64,000 bases of DNA from Armatimonadota bacterium (GTDB lineage Bacteria > Armatimonadota > SYMT01). The position numbers and the translations under genes are program-made. The notes below the pieces were generated by a model, which saw only the letters and a list, made by a program, of their open reading frames with translations, was not told the DNA's origin and ran no database searches. Of this stretch, positions 39,528-48,692 are shown in pieces. The DNA lies in contig JAWLHY010000005.1 of assembly GCA_041690135.1 (NCBI GenBank), positions 32,001 through 96,000 of the forward strand, given 5' to 3'. Numbering within the stretch: position 1 is the first letter of the stretch; every line of letters starts with the position of its first letter.

Positions 39528-40346
39528 GTGAGCGAGCTAACCCCAGAGTCCCACGATCTGGCCGGCGCAGTGGAAGAGATCGCGCGAGAAGTAGGTGGCA
39601 CAGTTGCTGTGGCGGTGCGGGACCTCCGCCGCCAGAGGGCGCTCGACCGGCTGGCGGAGGTACGGCTTCCCTCGGCCAGTGTGATCAAGATTGTCATTCT
39701 GTTGGAGTTGCTGGCCCGAGTAGAAGAGGGCGACCTGCGCCTGGACGACCGTCTACCCCTGGAAGACGGCGATAAGGTACCGGGAAGCGGCGTACTCAGC
39801 ATGCTGCAGGCGGGGATGGAACTGACCCTGGACGACCTGGCCCATCTGATGATGAACGTCAGCGATAACACCGCTTCCAATATGCTGATCGGCCTGCTGG
39901 GCTGCGATCGGATCAACCACCGGCTCGCCGGATGGGGTTTGAGGCAAACTCGCCTCGAGCGGAAGTTTTACGACTTCGCTGCGCGGGAACAAGGTCTTGA
40001 CAACTGGGTGACCGCAGGCGAATTGGCCGAACTGCTGGTAGGTATCGAACGGCGCCGGTTGCTGGGTTCCGACGCGTGCGAAAAGACACTTGCCGTTATG
40101 CGGAAGCAGCAGTTTGGCGGCCGGATTCCGGCGTTGCTGCCCCCGGAAACTCCCGTAGCGCATAAAACCGGGTCGATTACGGGTATCTGTCACGATGCGG
40201 GCATCATCTATAGCCCGGGCGGTCCGCTTATCCTCGTCGTGCTGACCCAGGACATTCCGCATTGGACCGTGGCCGAGGGCGCCATCCGGCATGTGGCGCG
40301 TCTGACGTACGAACAATGGGGAATCGTGCGGGAGGATCGGGAGTAG
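39528..40346 (+). CDS. Class A beta-lactamase-like serine hydrolase
   Basis: SASVIK (SxxK), SDN, HKTG; no signal peptide. Confidence 0.85.
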   Translation: MSELTPESHDLAGAVEEIAREVGGTVAVAVRDLRRQRALDRLAEVRLPSASVIKIVILLELLARVEEGDLRLDDRLPLEDGDKVPGSGVLSMLQAGMELTLDDLAHLMMNVSDNTASNMLIGLLGCDRINHRLAGWGLRQTRLERKFYDFAAREQGLDNWVTAGELAELLVGIERRRLLGSDACEKTLAVMRKQQFGGRIPALLPPETPVAHKTGSITGICHDAGIIYSPGGPLILVVLTQDIPHWTVAEGAIRHVARLTYEQWGIVREDRE

Positions 40347-40427
40347 CTTCAGGGCTCCTTTCTCATCCTTTCGAGTATCCGTCGCGAATGGGGCCCGAGC
40401 GAAACAGGCCGGAGAGAAGCAGGAAGG

Positions 40428-42380
40428 ATGAAGGAAGGAGCACACCTGGATTTGCGGGTTGGAACCTGCAAGCCGGCCGCGCATCGACTGTGGCGACACG
40501 CACAGGAGTGGGTCGCGAGCGGATTCCGGAGTGTGTACTTCGTCGGCCGGGACTCTCTCCGGGGCCGGCTCGTAGCCACCCTGGTGGGGTTGCTGCTGGT
40601 GTTGTTGGCTTTCGAGGTGCGGGAGTACCGCCTGCGATCCGCCGACCGCCAGGCGTTGGTTGAGCAGACCCTGCTCCTCACGAGCCGGGATGCCGCCTGG
40701 GACGGTACGGCCCACCTGCGTGAACTCTACCGCAGCCAGCGGCACGTAGCCCGGATGGTGCTCTCCGGTCGCGTTCCGGAAGAGCAGATCCAGGGTTTCC
40801 TCCAGGATGTGCAGGCGGCGGACAGCGCCATTGCCGCCCTCGAGATTCTCCGGCCGGATGGACAGCTTCTCCACGCGACTTACGGACAGGTCTACGAGGC
40901 GAATCGCTCGAGCGATCCCGTGGTGCGTGCGCTGAGCGTGCAGCGCCCGAATGTGGCGACCGACCTGGGGAGCAATGGAACGGATCAGCCGTCGCTGGTA
41001 CGCATCGGATCGCTCCTCACAGCCCCGGATGAAACCCGCCTGGGGATCGTCATCACCACCTACTATGCAGATGCGCTGACGCGCTCGCTCGCCCCTGCGG
41101 ACTCGGGTCACGTGGAGGCGTTGCTGGACAGCCAGGGGCGGCTCATCGCGGCCAGTTCCGGACCGCTTCAGCCCCAACTGGAGGAAGAACTGGCTCGGGC
41201 GATCCGGAGGATGCGGCCGGAAGCCATCGCCGCAGTCGATACGCGGTCCGCCGATGGTCAGCGGCTCCAGGGCTATGTGGTACCGGTGCCGGAGACTGCC
41301 TGGAAACTGGCGTATCTGCAGCCGGAAAGAGAAACGGGGGCGTTGCTGGCGCGCGAGATGCGGTCCTCGTTGATGATCATGCTTATCGTGGTGATCATCC
41401 TTGGTCTGGCGATCCTGGCAGTATTGCAGGTCAGTCTCCGCCCGCTCGTCCGGCTATCCGCGGCGACGCGCAAGTTGGGCAGCGGCGATCTAAGCCTCCG
41501 GTTGCCTCCGGCGGAGATCCGGGAATTCGATCCCCTGGTGGGAGCCTTCAACCGGATGGCGGAGCGTTTGCAAGGAGCGCTGGCGGAGCTTGAGAACACC
41601 AACCATAACCTGGAGGAGCAGGTCCAGGACCGCACGCGACAGCTCGAGGCGGAGCACGAAAAGCTGCTTCGGGCGGAGCGCCTCTCCACGCTCGGACTGC
41701 TGTCTTCCGCCATTGCGCACGACCTGCGAAATCCGCTGAACACGATCAGCCTCTCCGCGGACTGGCTGCGGTTGCGGCTGCGGGAAGAGGCGGATGAGCG
41801 AGTCCAGGCGCGGATGGAGACCATTCGTCGTGAGGTTCATCGGTCGGACCGGATCATCCGGACGCTGCTCGCCTTTGCCCGCACCGGTGAACCGGAGCGG
41901 GCACCGACGGACCTCAACGCACTGGTGCGGGAGGTGGTTGCGGTCGCAGAACCGGGTGCCTCCATGACCGTCGAATTGGATCTCGCGCCGGACTTACCCC
42001 TCGCCCCCGTCGATCGGGCGCAGCTCTTCCAGGTCGTGGAGAACCTGGTTCGGAACGCGTTGCAGGCGATGGGAGAGGCCGGTTCCCTCCGTTTGACCAC
42101 GCAAGCTTCCGCGGAGGCGTGCCGGGTGTGCGTCGCTGATACCGGCCCAGGCATTCCCACGGAACTGCTCGATCAAGTTTTCGAACCCCTGGTAAGCACT
42201 AAATCAACCGGTACCGGCCTGGGGCTGGCCCTTTGCAAGCGGATCGTCGAAGCGCATGGGGGATCCATCCAGGTCCGGAGCCAACCCGGAGAAGGAACAA
42301 CATTCATCATCGACCTGCCGCTCGTCGTGCCTGAAGGCACGGTTTCCCCGGAGGCTGCCACCGTCCCCACAAGGGGCTGA
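40428..42380 (+). CDS. Membrane sensor histidine kinase (Cache-like-HAMP-HisKA-HATPase)
   Basis: Two TMs, HAMP, AHDLRNPLN, ENLVRNA, DTGPGI, GTGLGL; start uncertain. Confidence 0.9.
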   Translation: MKEGAHLDLRVGTCKPAAHRLWRHAQEWVASGFRSVYFVGRDSLRGRLVATLVGLLLVLLAFEVREYRLRSADRQALVEQTLLLTSRDAAWDGTAHLRELYRSQRHVARMVLSGRVPEEQIQGFLQDVQAADSAIAALEILRPDGQLLHATYGQVYEANRSSDPVVRALSVQRPNVATDLGSNGTDQPSLVRIGSLLTAPDETRLGIVITTYYADALTRSLAPADSGHVEALLDSQGRLIAASSGPLQPQLEEELARAIRRMRPEAIAAVDTRSADGQRLQGYVVPVPETAWKLAYLQPERETGALLAREMRSSLMIMLIVVIILGLAILAVLQVSLRPLVRLSAATRKLGSGDLSLRLPPAEIREFDPLVGAFNRMAERLQGALAELENTNHNLEEQVQDRTRQLEAEHEKLLRAERLSTLGLLSSAIAHDLRNPLNTISLSADWLRLRLREEADERVQARMETIRREVHRSDRIIRTLLAFARTGEPERAPTDLNALVREVVAVAEPGASMTVELDLAPDLPLAPVDRAQLFQVVENLVRNALQAMGEAGSLRLTTQASAEACRVCVADTGPGIPTELLDQVFEPLVSTKSTGTGLGLALCKRIVEAHGGSIQVRSQPGEGTTFIIDLPLVVPEGTVSPEAATVPTRG

Positions 42381-42394
42381 TCTCAAGAGGGCTC

Positions 42395-43441
42395 ATGGGT
42401 CGTATGATTGCGGAACCCCTGGTTCAGGTGCGATGTGCGGTCTGCGCGGGCGACCGCACGGAATTGATCTGTACGGCGAGAGAAGTCGAGGCACATCTGG
42501 AGTACCTGCGGCTCTTTCATCAGCGGAGGCTGGCACCCCAGGCTCCCCACGGCGAATTGGCCGACCGCTCTGACTTTACCCAGGGGTACGCGACCGACCT
42601 GGTCGCCTGCTCAGGATGTGGCTTGGTATTTCGCAACCCGCGTCCGTCGCCCGAAGCCCTGGAGCGCGCCTATGCGCAAGACCAGTACGGTCGCGAGCGG
42701 CTCGAGACTCTGGCCGCCACGCAGCAGAGCCTCTACCGCCCCAAGGTGCGCCAGCTACGCGATTGGCTGGGAAACCGCGCGAAAGTTCTGGAAGTGGGCA
42801 GCTTCGTAGGAGGGTTTCTGTCGGCGGGACGAGAGGTGGGCTGGGAAATGCTGGGAGTCGATCCGGGTCAAGAAGTGAGCGAATTCTGCCGGAGCCGTGG
42901 CTTGCCGGTGTTTCGCGGTACCCTGGAGGAGCTACCCGGCAGCAGCCTGTCCGAAGTTTGGGCACCCGGCACGGTCGATTGTGTTGCCATTTGGAACACC
43001 TTCGACCAGATTCCCGAGCCGGACAAGTTACTGGCGCGGGTACGCCGGCTCCTACGCGCCGGGGGCATCCTGGCATTGCGCGTTCCCAATGGTGAGTGCT
43101 TCCGGCGCAGCCTGGATCTGATGCGGCGCCTGCCACGACCCGTAGATGGTTGGTTGCGGGCGGTTCTGGCCTGGAATAACTTGATGGCTTTCCCGTATCT
43201 CCAGGGCTACACAGTACGCACGCTGGACTGGCTCTGTTCGTGGCACTCGCTGGAGAGAGTGCAGGTGGTCCCGGACACGCTCGTGCGTCTCGCGGATGAC
43301 GCGACGCAGCCCTGGGCTCGCTTGGAAGAAGCGGGCCTCAAGTTCTTAACCCGCACGGCCGCCCGTTACGCGGCAGGGCGGCGAGATCCAGACCTTGCCC
43401 TGGCTCCCTGGTTCGATGCCTACTATACCCTTCGCTCGTGA
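42395..43441 (+). CDS. Class I SAM-dependent methyltransferase with N-terminal Zn-ribbon
   Basis: CAVC...CSGCGLVFRNPRP; VLEVGSFVGGF; GILALRVPN. Confidence 0.8.
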   Translation: MGRMIAEPLVQVRCAVCAGDRTELICTAREVEAHLEYLRLFHQRRLAPQAPHGELADRSDFTQGYATDLVACSGCGLVFRNPRPSPEALERAYAQDQYGRERLETLAATQQSLYRPKVRQLRDWLGNRAKVLEVGSFVGGFLSAGREVGWEMLGVDPGQEVSEFCRSRGLPVFRGTLEELPGSSLSEVWAPGTVDCVAIWNTFDQIPEPDKLLARVRRLLRAGGILALRVPNGECFRRSLDLMRRLPRPVDGWLRAVLAWNNLMAFPYLQGYTVRTLDWLCSWHSLERVQVVPDTLVRLADDATQPWARLEEAGLKFLTRTAARYAAGRRDPDLALAPWFDAYYTLRS

Positions 43442-43687
43442 GGAGGGGTGAGGGGTGAATGGTGAGGGGCGCGGGCATCTCGTCTGCCCCGGAACTTAAA
43501 AGGCGTTGATCGGGATAGCATCTTGCTGGCCGTTATATCGGGTGGCTCAAGCCAGGAATTGCCCGCCAAAGTCAATAATGACGACCGGACCCGCGGGGGT
43601 GGATGATGCGCCCTGCCGAGGATTATGGGAGGGGATAACCCCGTCCGTGCATCGGCGCGGTCGAGACTGTTGTCGCGAGGTTAGACT

Positions 43688-44914
43688 TTGGATGGCCGGA
43701 TCGGCGTGCTCCAGCCCCGCCTGGATGGGCGGGGCGGCCTGGAGAAGTACTGTGTGTACTTCGTTCAGGTACTTGCTGAACGGGCGGAGGTCGATCTGGT
43801 TACCGTTCAAGAGGTCGATCGCTCCCGCCTGGAAAAGGCCTTCAACGTCTCCCTCGACAAGCCGCAGCTGAAAGTCGATCCGCGCTGCTGGCCCCTGCCC
43901 CCCACCGGCGGGCGGATTCAGCGGACCTACGAGCAGTGGCGCGGCTGCCGCGACTATGCCGAACTCAGCAACGCATACGACCTGGCCGTAGGGCACGCCA
44001 TGGATCTGCCGTGGGCGAGTGGCGCGCGCCGGAGTGCCTTGATCTGTCACTTTCCGATGGTGCGGAGGCATCGCCTCGATCCCCAGATTCCCGCCACCGG
44101 CTGGCGCTCTCTACTCACCTCCAGTGGCCGGGAGCAGCGGGAGATTCGGCACCGGGTGAACAGTTGGTCGCGGATCATCGTGAGTAGCGAGTTCGCCCGG
44201 AAATGGGTCGGTATCTACTGGCAGCGCGATGCGGAGATCATCAACCCGCCGATCGAGCAGCCCGACCGCCCCGACCTGTCTCAGAAGAAGAACTGGATCG
44301 TGGGGGCGGGCTACTTCGCTCGACCGTCGGAGCCGGGCGATCCGTGGTCGTTCAAGCGCCAGGAGTTGCTGATCGACACCTTCCGGGACCTGTGTGATCG
44401 GGGTCTGCGCGGCTGGGAACTCCACCTGGCCGGGCACCTGATGCTCCCCTCGCCCGATGCGGAGCAGTACCTGGACGAACTTCGCGCCCGCGCCCCCGGC
44501 TACCCGATCTTTCTACACCCTAACTGCCCCCATTCCGAGCTACTCGACCTGTACCGGCACGGATCGATCTTCTGGCATGCCGTGGGGTACGGCCTCGACC
44601 AGGAGCAGAACCCCGAACGGACCGAGCACTTCGGGATGGTGACAGCAGAAGCGATGGGCTACGGCTGCGTTCCCGTGGTAGTCAACATGGGCGGTCAGCC
44701 GGAGATCGTCGAACGGGGGCGCAGCGGGGAGTTGTGGAACACGCCCGAGGAGTGCTGCGAAATCACCCACCGACTCACGTCTCAACCGGAAGCGCTCCGC
44801 ACGCTCGCGGAAGGCGCTGTCCGGCGAGCCGGCTACTTCAGCGTCGATCGCTTCCGCCAGAGAGTGCACACCTTTCTGGACGAAGAACTCCGCATCCTCC
44901 GCTCCGCGGGGTAG
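43688..44914 (+). CDS. Glycosyltransferase family 4
   Basis: GGLEK, KRQELLI, EHFGMVTAEAMGYGCVPVV, GGQPEIV; start uncertain. Confidence 0.88.
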   Translation: MDGRIGVLQPRLDGRGGLEKYCVYFVQVLAERAEVDLVTVQEVDRSRLEKAFNVSLDKPQLKVDPRCWPLPPTGGRIQRTYEQWRGCRDYAELSNAYDLAVGHAMDLPWASGARRSALICHFPMVRRHRLDPQIPATGWRSLLTSSGREQREIRHRVNSWSRIIVSSEFARKWVGIYWQRDAEIINPPIEQPDRPDLSQKKNWIVGAGYFARPSEPGDPWSFKRQELLIDTFRDLCDRGLRGWELHLAGHLMLPSPDAEQYLDELRARAPGYPIFLHPNCPHSELLDLYRHGSIFWHAVGYGLDQEQNPERTEHFGMVTAEAMGYGCVPVVVNMGGQPEIVERGRSGELWNTPEECCEITHRLTSQPEALRTLAEGAVRRAGYFSVDRFRQRVHTFLDEELRILRSAG

Positions 44915-45165
44915 GCCTTTCCGTACGCGGCCGAACCGAAAGGACGGGAGTGGTTTTGATCCCGACGCAGCACGGGTGACCCGCTCCCTGCCGGCGCCTG
45001 GTTCAATGCCTCGCCGGACGCGCCCATCCCACACCTGTGGTCAATCCTCCCTTTTCGTAATACTCGGGAGGTGGGAGTGGACTCCAGGGCGAAGGGACGA
45101 ATGAAGGCTCGTCCCTCTGCGCCGGCAGCTGGGACCCAGGGGAATTCCACGGGGTTCAACGACGA

Positions 45166-46194
45166 ATGAGCGACATGAAGCTTCGGGTGGGTGTGGTCGG
45201 CATGCGCGGGATCGGCAATCAGCATGCCGAAATCTACAAGAATGACGCGCTGTCCGAACTCGTCGGCGTTTGCGATATCGACCGGGGGCGCGCTGACGAG
45301 GCGTCCGCGCGCTGGGGCGTTCCGGCCTTCTACAGCCTGGGAGAAATGCTTCAGGCCGTGGATGTCGATGCCGTGAGCGTGGCGACGGGGGGCTTTGAAA
45401 ACGGAAGCTGGCACTTCGAGCCGGTGATGGAGAGCTTTGCGGCCGGCAAGCACGTCCTGTGCGAGAAACCGATCTCGAACAATATCGAGCACGCCCGGGA
45501 GATGGTCCGTAAGGCGAAGGAGAAAGGGCTCTACTTCGGCATCAACCTCAACCACCGGTTCGTGCCCCCGGCCGCCCGTGCCCGGAAGTGGATGGAAGAA
45601 GGACGCCTGGGACAACCGCTCCTCATCAATATGACGATGTGGATCGACAACCCGAACGAGACCTCTCCCTGGTTTCACCTGCGGGCACTCCATCCCCACT
45701 CGATCGATATCATGCGCTACTTCTGCGGTGATGTGAAGCGGGTCCACGCTTTTGCGAACCACGCGCCCAAAGCCGATGGGGGCGAGCGGGTCTGCTGGTC
45801 GAACGTCCAGATCAACATGGAGTTCGCGAATGGGGTGGTCGGGCACCTGACCGGCAGTTACGATGCGGCCCCGCGCCACAATCTGGAGCGCTGCGAGGTG
45901 ATGGGCACCGAAGGTCGGTTCGTTCTCGACAACTGCTTCGTGGAGTTGACCTTTTATCCCCGGAGAGATGACGAGCTGACGGTGGTCCGCAACAGTATCA
46001 TGGGCGGCGTCACCGGGTTTGGAGAAACGTTCAAGCACCGCATCCACCGCTGGCTGGAGCAGGTATCGGCCGGTGTACCGCGCAGCGAGTTGGAAGCGAG
46101 CGGCGAGGATGGGCTGGCGGTGCAGGAAGTGATCGAGGCGGCGATCCGCTCGATCGAGAACGGCTCGGTGGAAGAGGTGCCCCCAGTTGGGTAG
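45166..46194 (+). CDS. Gfo/Idh/MocA family oxidoreductase
   Basis: VGVVGMRGIG, GKHVLCEKP, HSID. Confidence 0.9.
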   Translation: MSDMKLRVGVVGMRGIGNQHAEIYKNDALSELVGVCDIDRGRADEASARWGVPAFYSLGEMLQAVDVDAVSVATGGFENGSWHFEPVMESFAAGKHVLCEKPISNNIEHAREMVRKAKEKGLYFGINLNHRFVPPAARARKWMEEGRLGQPLLINMTMWIDNPNETSPWFHLRALHPHSIDIMRYFCGDVKRVHAFANHAPKADGGERVCWSNVQINMEFANGVVGHLTGSYDAAPRHNLERCEVMGTEGRFVLDNCFVELTFYPRRDDELTVVRNSIMGGVTGFGETFKHRIHRWLEQVSAGVPRSELEASGEDGLAVQEVIEAAIRSIENGSVEEVPPVG

Positions 46195-46247
46195 GATCGG
46201 GATAAAGATAGGATGGCCATGACATATGCGACACTCTACGGAGAGCC

Positions 46248-47549
46248 ATGCCATCCGCAGTCTTTGAATTCGGTCTGATCCTGGTCTTGCTGGTTATCAA
46301 CGGGCTCTTCGCCATGTCGGAGATCGCCATTGTCTCCGCGCGCAAGGTTCGCCTGGAGCGTTTGGCTGCGGACGGCAATCCCGGAGCGCAGGCGGCGCTC
46401 GAATTGGCGCAGAATCCGGACCGCTTCCTGTCCACCGTGCAAGTGGGCATCACGTTGGTAGGTATCGTGGCGGGTGCCTTCGGTGGGGCTACTCTCTCCG
46501 GAGGCGTGCGGGAGTGGCTGGAGACGATCCCTGCCTTCCGACCCTACGCGGGAGCGCTCGCCTTCGGCGGCGTGGTGGCGCTGATTACCTACCTATCGCT
46601 GGTCATCGGCGAGTTGGTGCCGAAGCGTATCGGCCTCAACGATCCGGAAAAGACCGCGGCGATGATGGCCCGCCCAATGCGCTGGCTCTCGCGGGCCGCC
46701 GGGCCGCTCGTGCACCTCCTGGCCGCTTCCACGGACCTGCTGGTGCGGCTTCTGCGGATCCGGCCCGCGTCCGAACCTCCCGTTACCGAGGAAGAGGTGC
46801 AGGCGCTCATCTCCCTCGGGCGCGAGGCCGGCGTGTTCCAGGCGGAAGAGGAAGACCTGGTATCGAACGTGTTCCGCCTGGCGGACCGGCGCGTGAGCAT
46901 GCTGATGACGCCGCGCCTTCAGATCGAGTGGCTCGACCTGGAGGAGTCTGCGGATGCGATCCGGGAGAAGCTCCTGGCGGCGGAGCACTCCCGCTTCCCC
47001 GTGGCCCGGGAGAGCCTGGATCAACTGGCAGGCATGGTGTACGTGCAGGACCTGATGGCCCAGGCGGTGCAGGGCCGTCCTCTCGATTTGGAGGCCGTCC
47101 TGCGTACCCCGATCGTCGTTCCGGAGACGATGCCGGCCATGCGCGTGCTGGAGACGTTCCGGCAGACGCGCAATCACCTCGCCCTGGTGGTGGATGAGTA
47201 CGGCAGTATCGTTGGCCTGGTCAGTCTCACCGATATTCTCGAATCGCTGGTGGGCGAGCTACCTGCTGCCGAATCGGAAGAGGAAGCCGAGATCGTGCGC
47301 CGTCCGGATGGCACCTGGCTGATCGACGGACAACTCCCCATTGATGAGTTGAAGGCGCTTCTGGGCGTGCGCGCCCTCCCGGGTGAAGAAGCGCATCTCT
47401 TCCAGACCCTCGGTGGATTCGTCACGAACCAGCTCGGAAAAATTCCCGCCGTAGCCGAACGGTTCGAGTGGGACGGGAACAGCTTCGAGGTGATGGATAT
47501 GGACGGCCATCGCGTCGACCGGGTACTGGTTACCCCTCAACAGCGATAG
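46248..47549 (+). CDS. Hemolysin/CNNM (CorB/TlyC) family CBS-domain membrane protein
   Basis: NGLFAMSEIA, STVQVGIT, GELVPKR, HSRFPV, VVDEYG, TLGGF (CorC domain). Confidence 0.92.
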   Translation: MPSAVFEFGLILVLLVINGLFAMSEIAIVSARKVRLERLAADGNPGAQAALELAQNPDRFLSTVQVGITLVGIVAGAFGGATLSGGVREWLETIPAFRPYAGALAFGGVVALITYLSLVIGELVPKRIGLNDPEKTAAMMARPMRWLSRAAGPLVHLLAASTDLLVRLLRIRPASEPPVTEEEVQALISLGREAGVFQAEEEDLVSNVFRLADRRVSMLMTPRLQIEWLDLEESADAIREKLLAAEHSRFPVARESLDQLAGMVYVQDLMAQAVQGRPLDLEAVLRTPIVVPETMPAMRVLETFRQTRNHLALVVDEYGSIVGLVSLTDILESLVGELPAAESEEEAEIVRRPDGTWLIDGQLPIDELKALLGVRALPGEEAHLFQTLGGFVTNQLGKIPAVAERFEWDGNSFEVMDMDGHRVDRVLVTPQQR

Positions 47550-47568
47550 CGCATCCACGGCTGTGGCA

Positions 47569-48522
47569 CTACTTGCTGAGGGCGCCGCCGCAACTGCTGC
47601 CGGCGCCGGCCGTGCAGCCGAAACAATGCTCCCCTACCGCAAGGGGCGCGCCTTCCAGCCCCGTGGCCGCCAGTTCTCGAACGTGGCGGTAGGGTGCGGC
47701 CAGCGGAATCTCCAGCATCTGGTTGAAGTCGCAGTCGTAGAGCCGGCCGTCCCAACCCACGCTCACGGTACTCCGGCACATCAGGCCCGCGACGGTGGCT
47801 GGATTGAACGCATTTGCCAGGAGATCCATGTACTCCTCATACCGGCCGTCCCGCCGGAGGTCATGAGCGAAGCGGCTGATCGGCATGTTGGTCAGGGTGT
47901 AGAGGCGATTGAACCGGAGACCGTACCGCGCGAGTAGCTCTCGCCGGTAATCCGCCTCCAGTCCCTCCTGGGCTGGCGGGAGGTAGGGGCCGACCGGGTT
48001 GTACATCAGGTTCAGGACGAGACCGGTTTCCGCCTCACCATATCCGAGCGAATTGAGCCGCCGCAGGGCCGCAAGGCTTTGGTGGAAGATCCCCCGCCCG
48101 CGCTGAAGGTCCACGTTCTCTTCCAGGTAACACGGAAGGGAAGCGATGATCTCGACCTGGTGCTTAGCCAGGAACTGGGGCAAATGCTCCTTTCCCGGAA
48201 TGCAGAGAACGGTGAGGTTGCAGCGGTCGATCACGTGGCACCCGAGAGCCCGTGCCTCCGTCACCAGGGTCTCGAAGTTCGGGTTCAGCTCCGGTGCACC
48301 GCCGGTGAGGTCCACGATCGCCGGACGGAGCCGGCGTATCGCACTGACTACCTCCTCCGCGGTTTCGCGCGTCATGATCTCCGTTCGCTTCGGTCCCGCG
48401 TCCACGTGGCAGTGCCGGCAAGCCTGGTTGCAAAGCTTGCCAACGTTCACCTGGAGCACACGGAGCTTCTCCCGCAGGAGACGGCGGTCATGGGCCGCGA
48501 GTACTTCTTGAAAGGAGTGCAT
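47569..48522 (-). CDS. arsS: ArsS-like radical SAM protein (DUF3641, Cys-rich tail)
   Basis: LQVNVGKLCNQACRHCHV, DLTGGAPELNP, LMCR, YDCDFNQ, HCFGCTAGAGSSCGG. Confidence 0.82.
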   Translation of the reverse strand: MHSFQEVLAAHDRRLLREKLRVLQVNVGKLCNQACRHCHVDAGPKRTEIMTRETAEEVVSAIRRLRPAIVDLTGGAPELNPNFETLVTEARALGCHVIDRCNLTVLCIPGKEHLPQFLAKHQVEIIASLPCYLEENVDLQRGRGIFHQSLAALRRLNSLGYGEAETGLVLNLMYNPVGPYLPPAQEGLEADYRRELLARYGLRFNRLYTLTNMPISRFAHDLRRDGRYEEYMDLLANAFNPATVAGLMCRSTVSVGWDGRLYDCDFNQMLEIPLAAPYRHVRELAATGLEGAPLAVGEHCFGCTAGAGSSCGGALSK

Positions 48523-48692
48523 AGAGTTGTTTACGGGAGGGTCGCTGTGCCTGTCACTTTCGGGGTGGGGCGGCAGGTCCCGCCAGAGACTCGGTCGTCA
48601 GCTAGACAGAATGGGGCGGCATCGGTATCATGGCGCGGGCTGACAGCCGGAAGTTGCCGGCGGCCGGCCTTTTTTGTGCCAGAACGTATCCT

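Noticed and set aside
39528-40346. Antibiotic-resistance beta-lactamase
   Set aside because: No signal peptide and no Glu166 equivalent
47569-47610. Possible selenocysteine in the ArsS C-terminal GSS(C/U)GG motif
   Set aside because: The codon is TGC (Cys) and the stop is TAG. No arsM or other ars genes are adjacent, so an arsenosugar cluster is also unsupported
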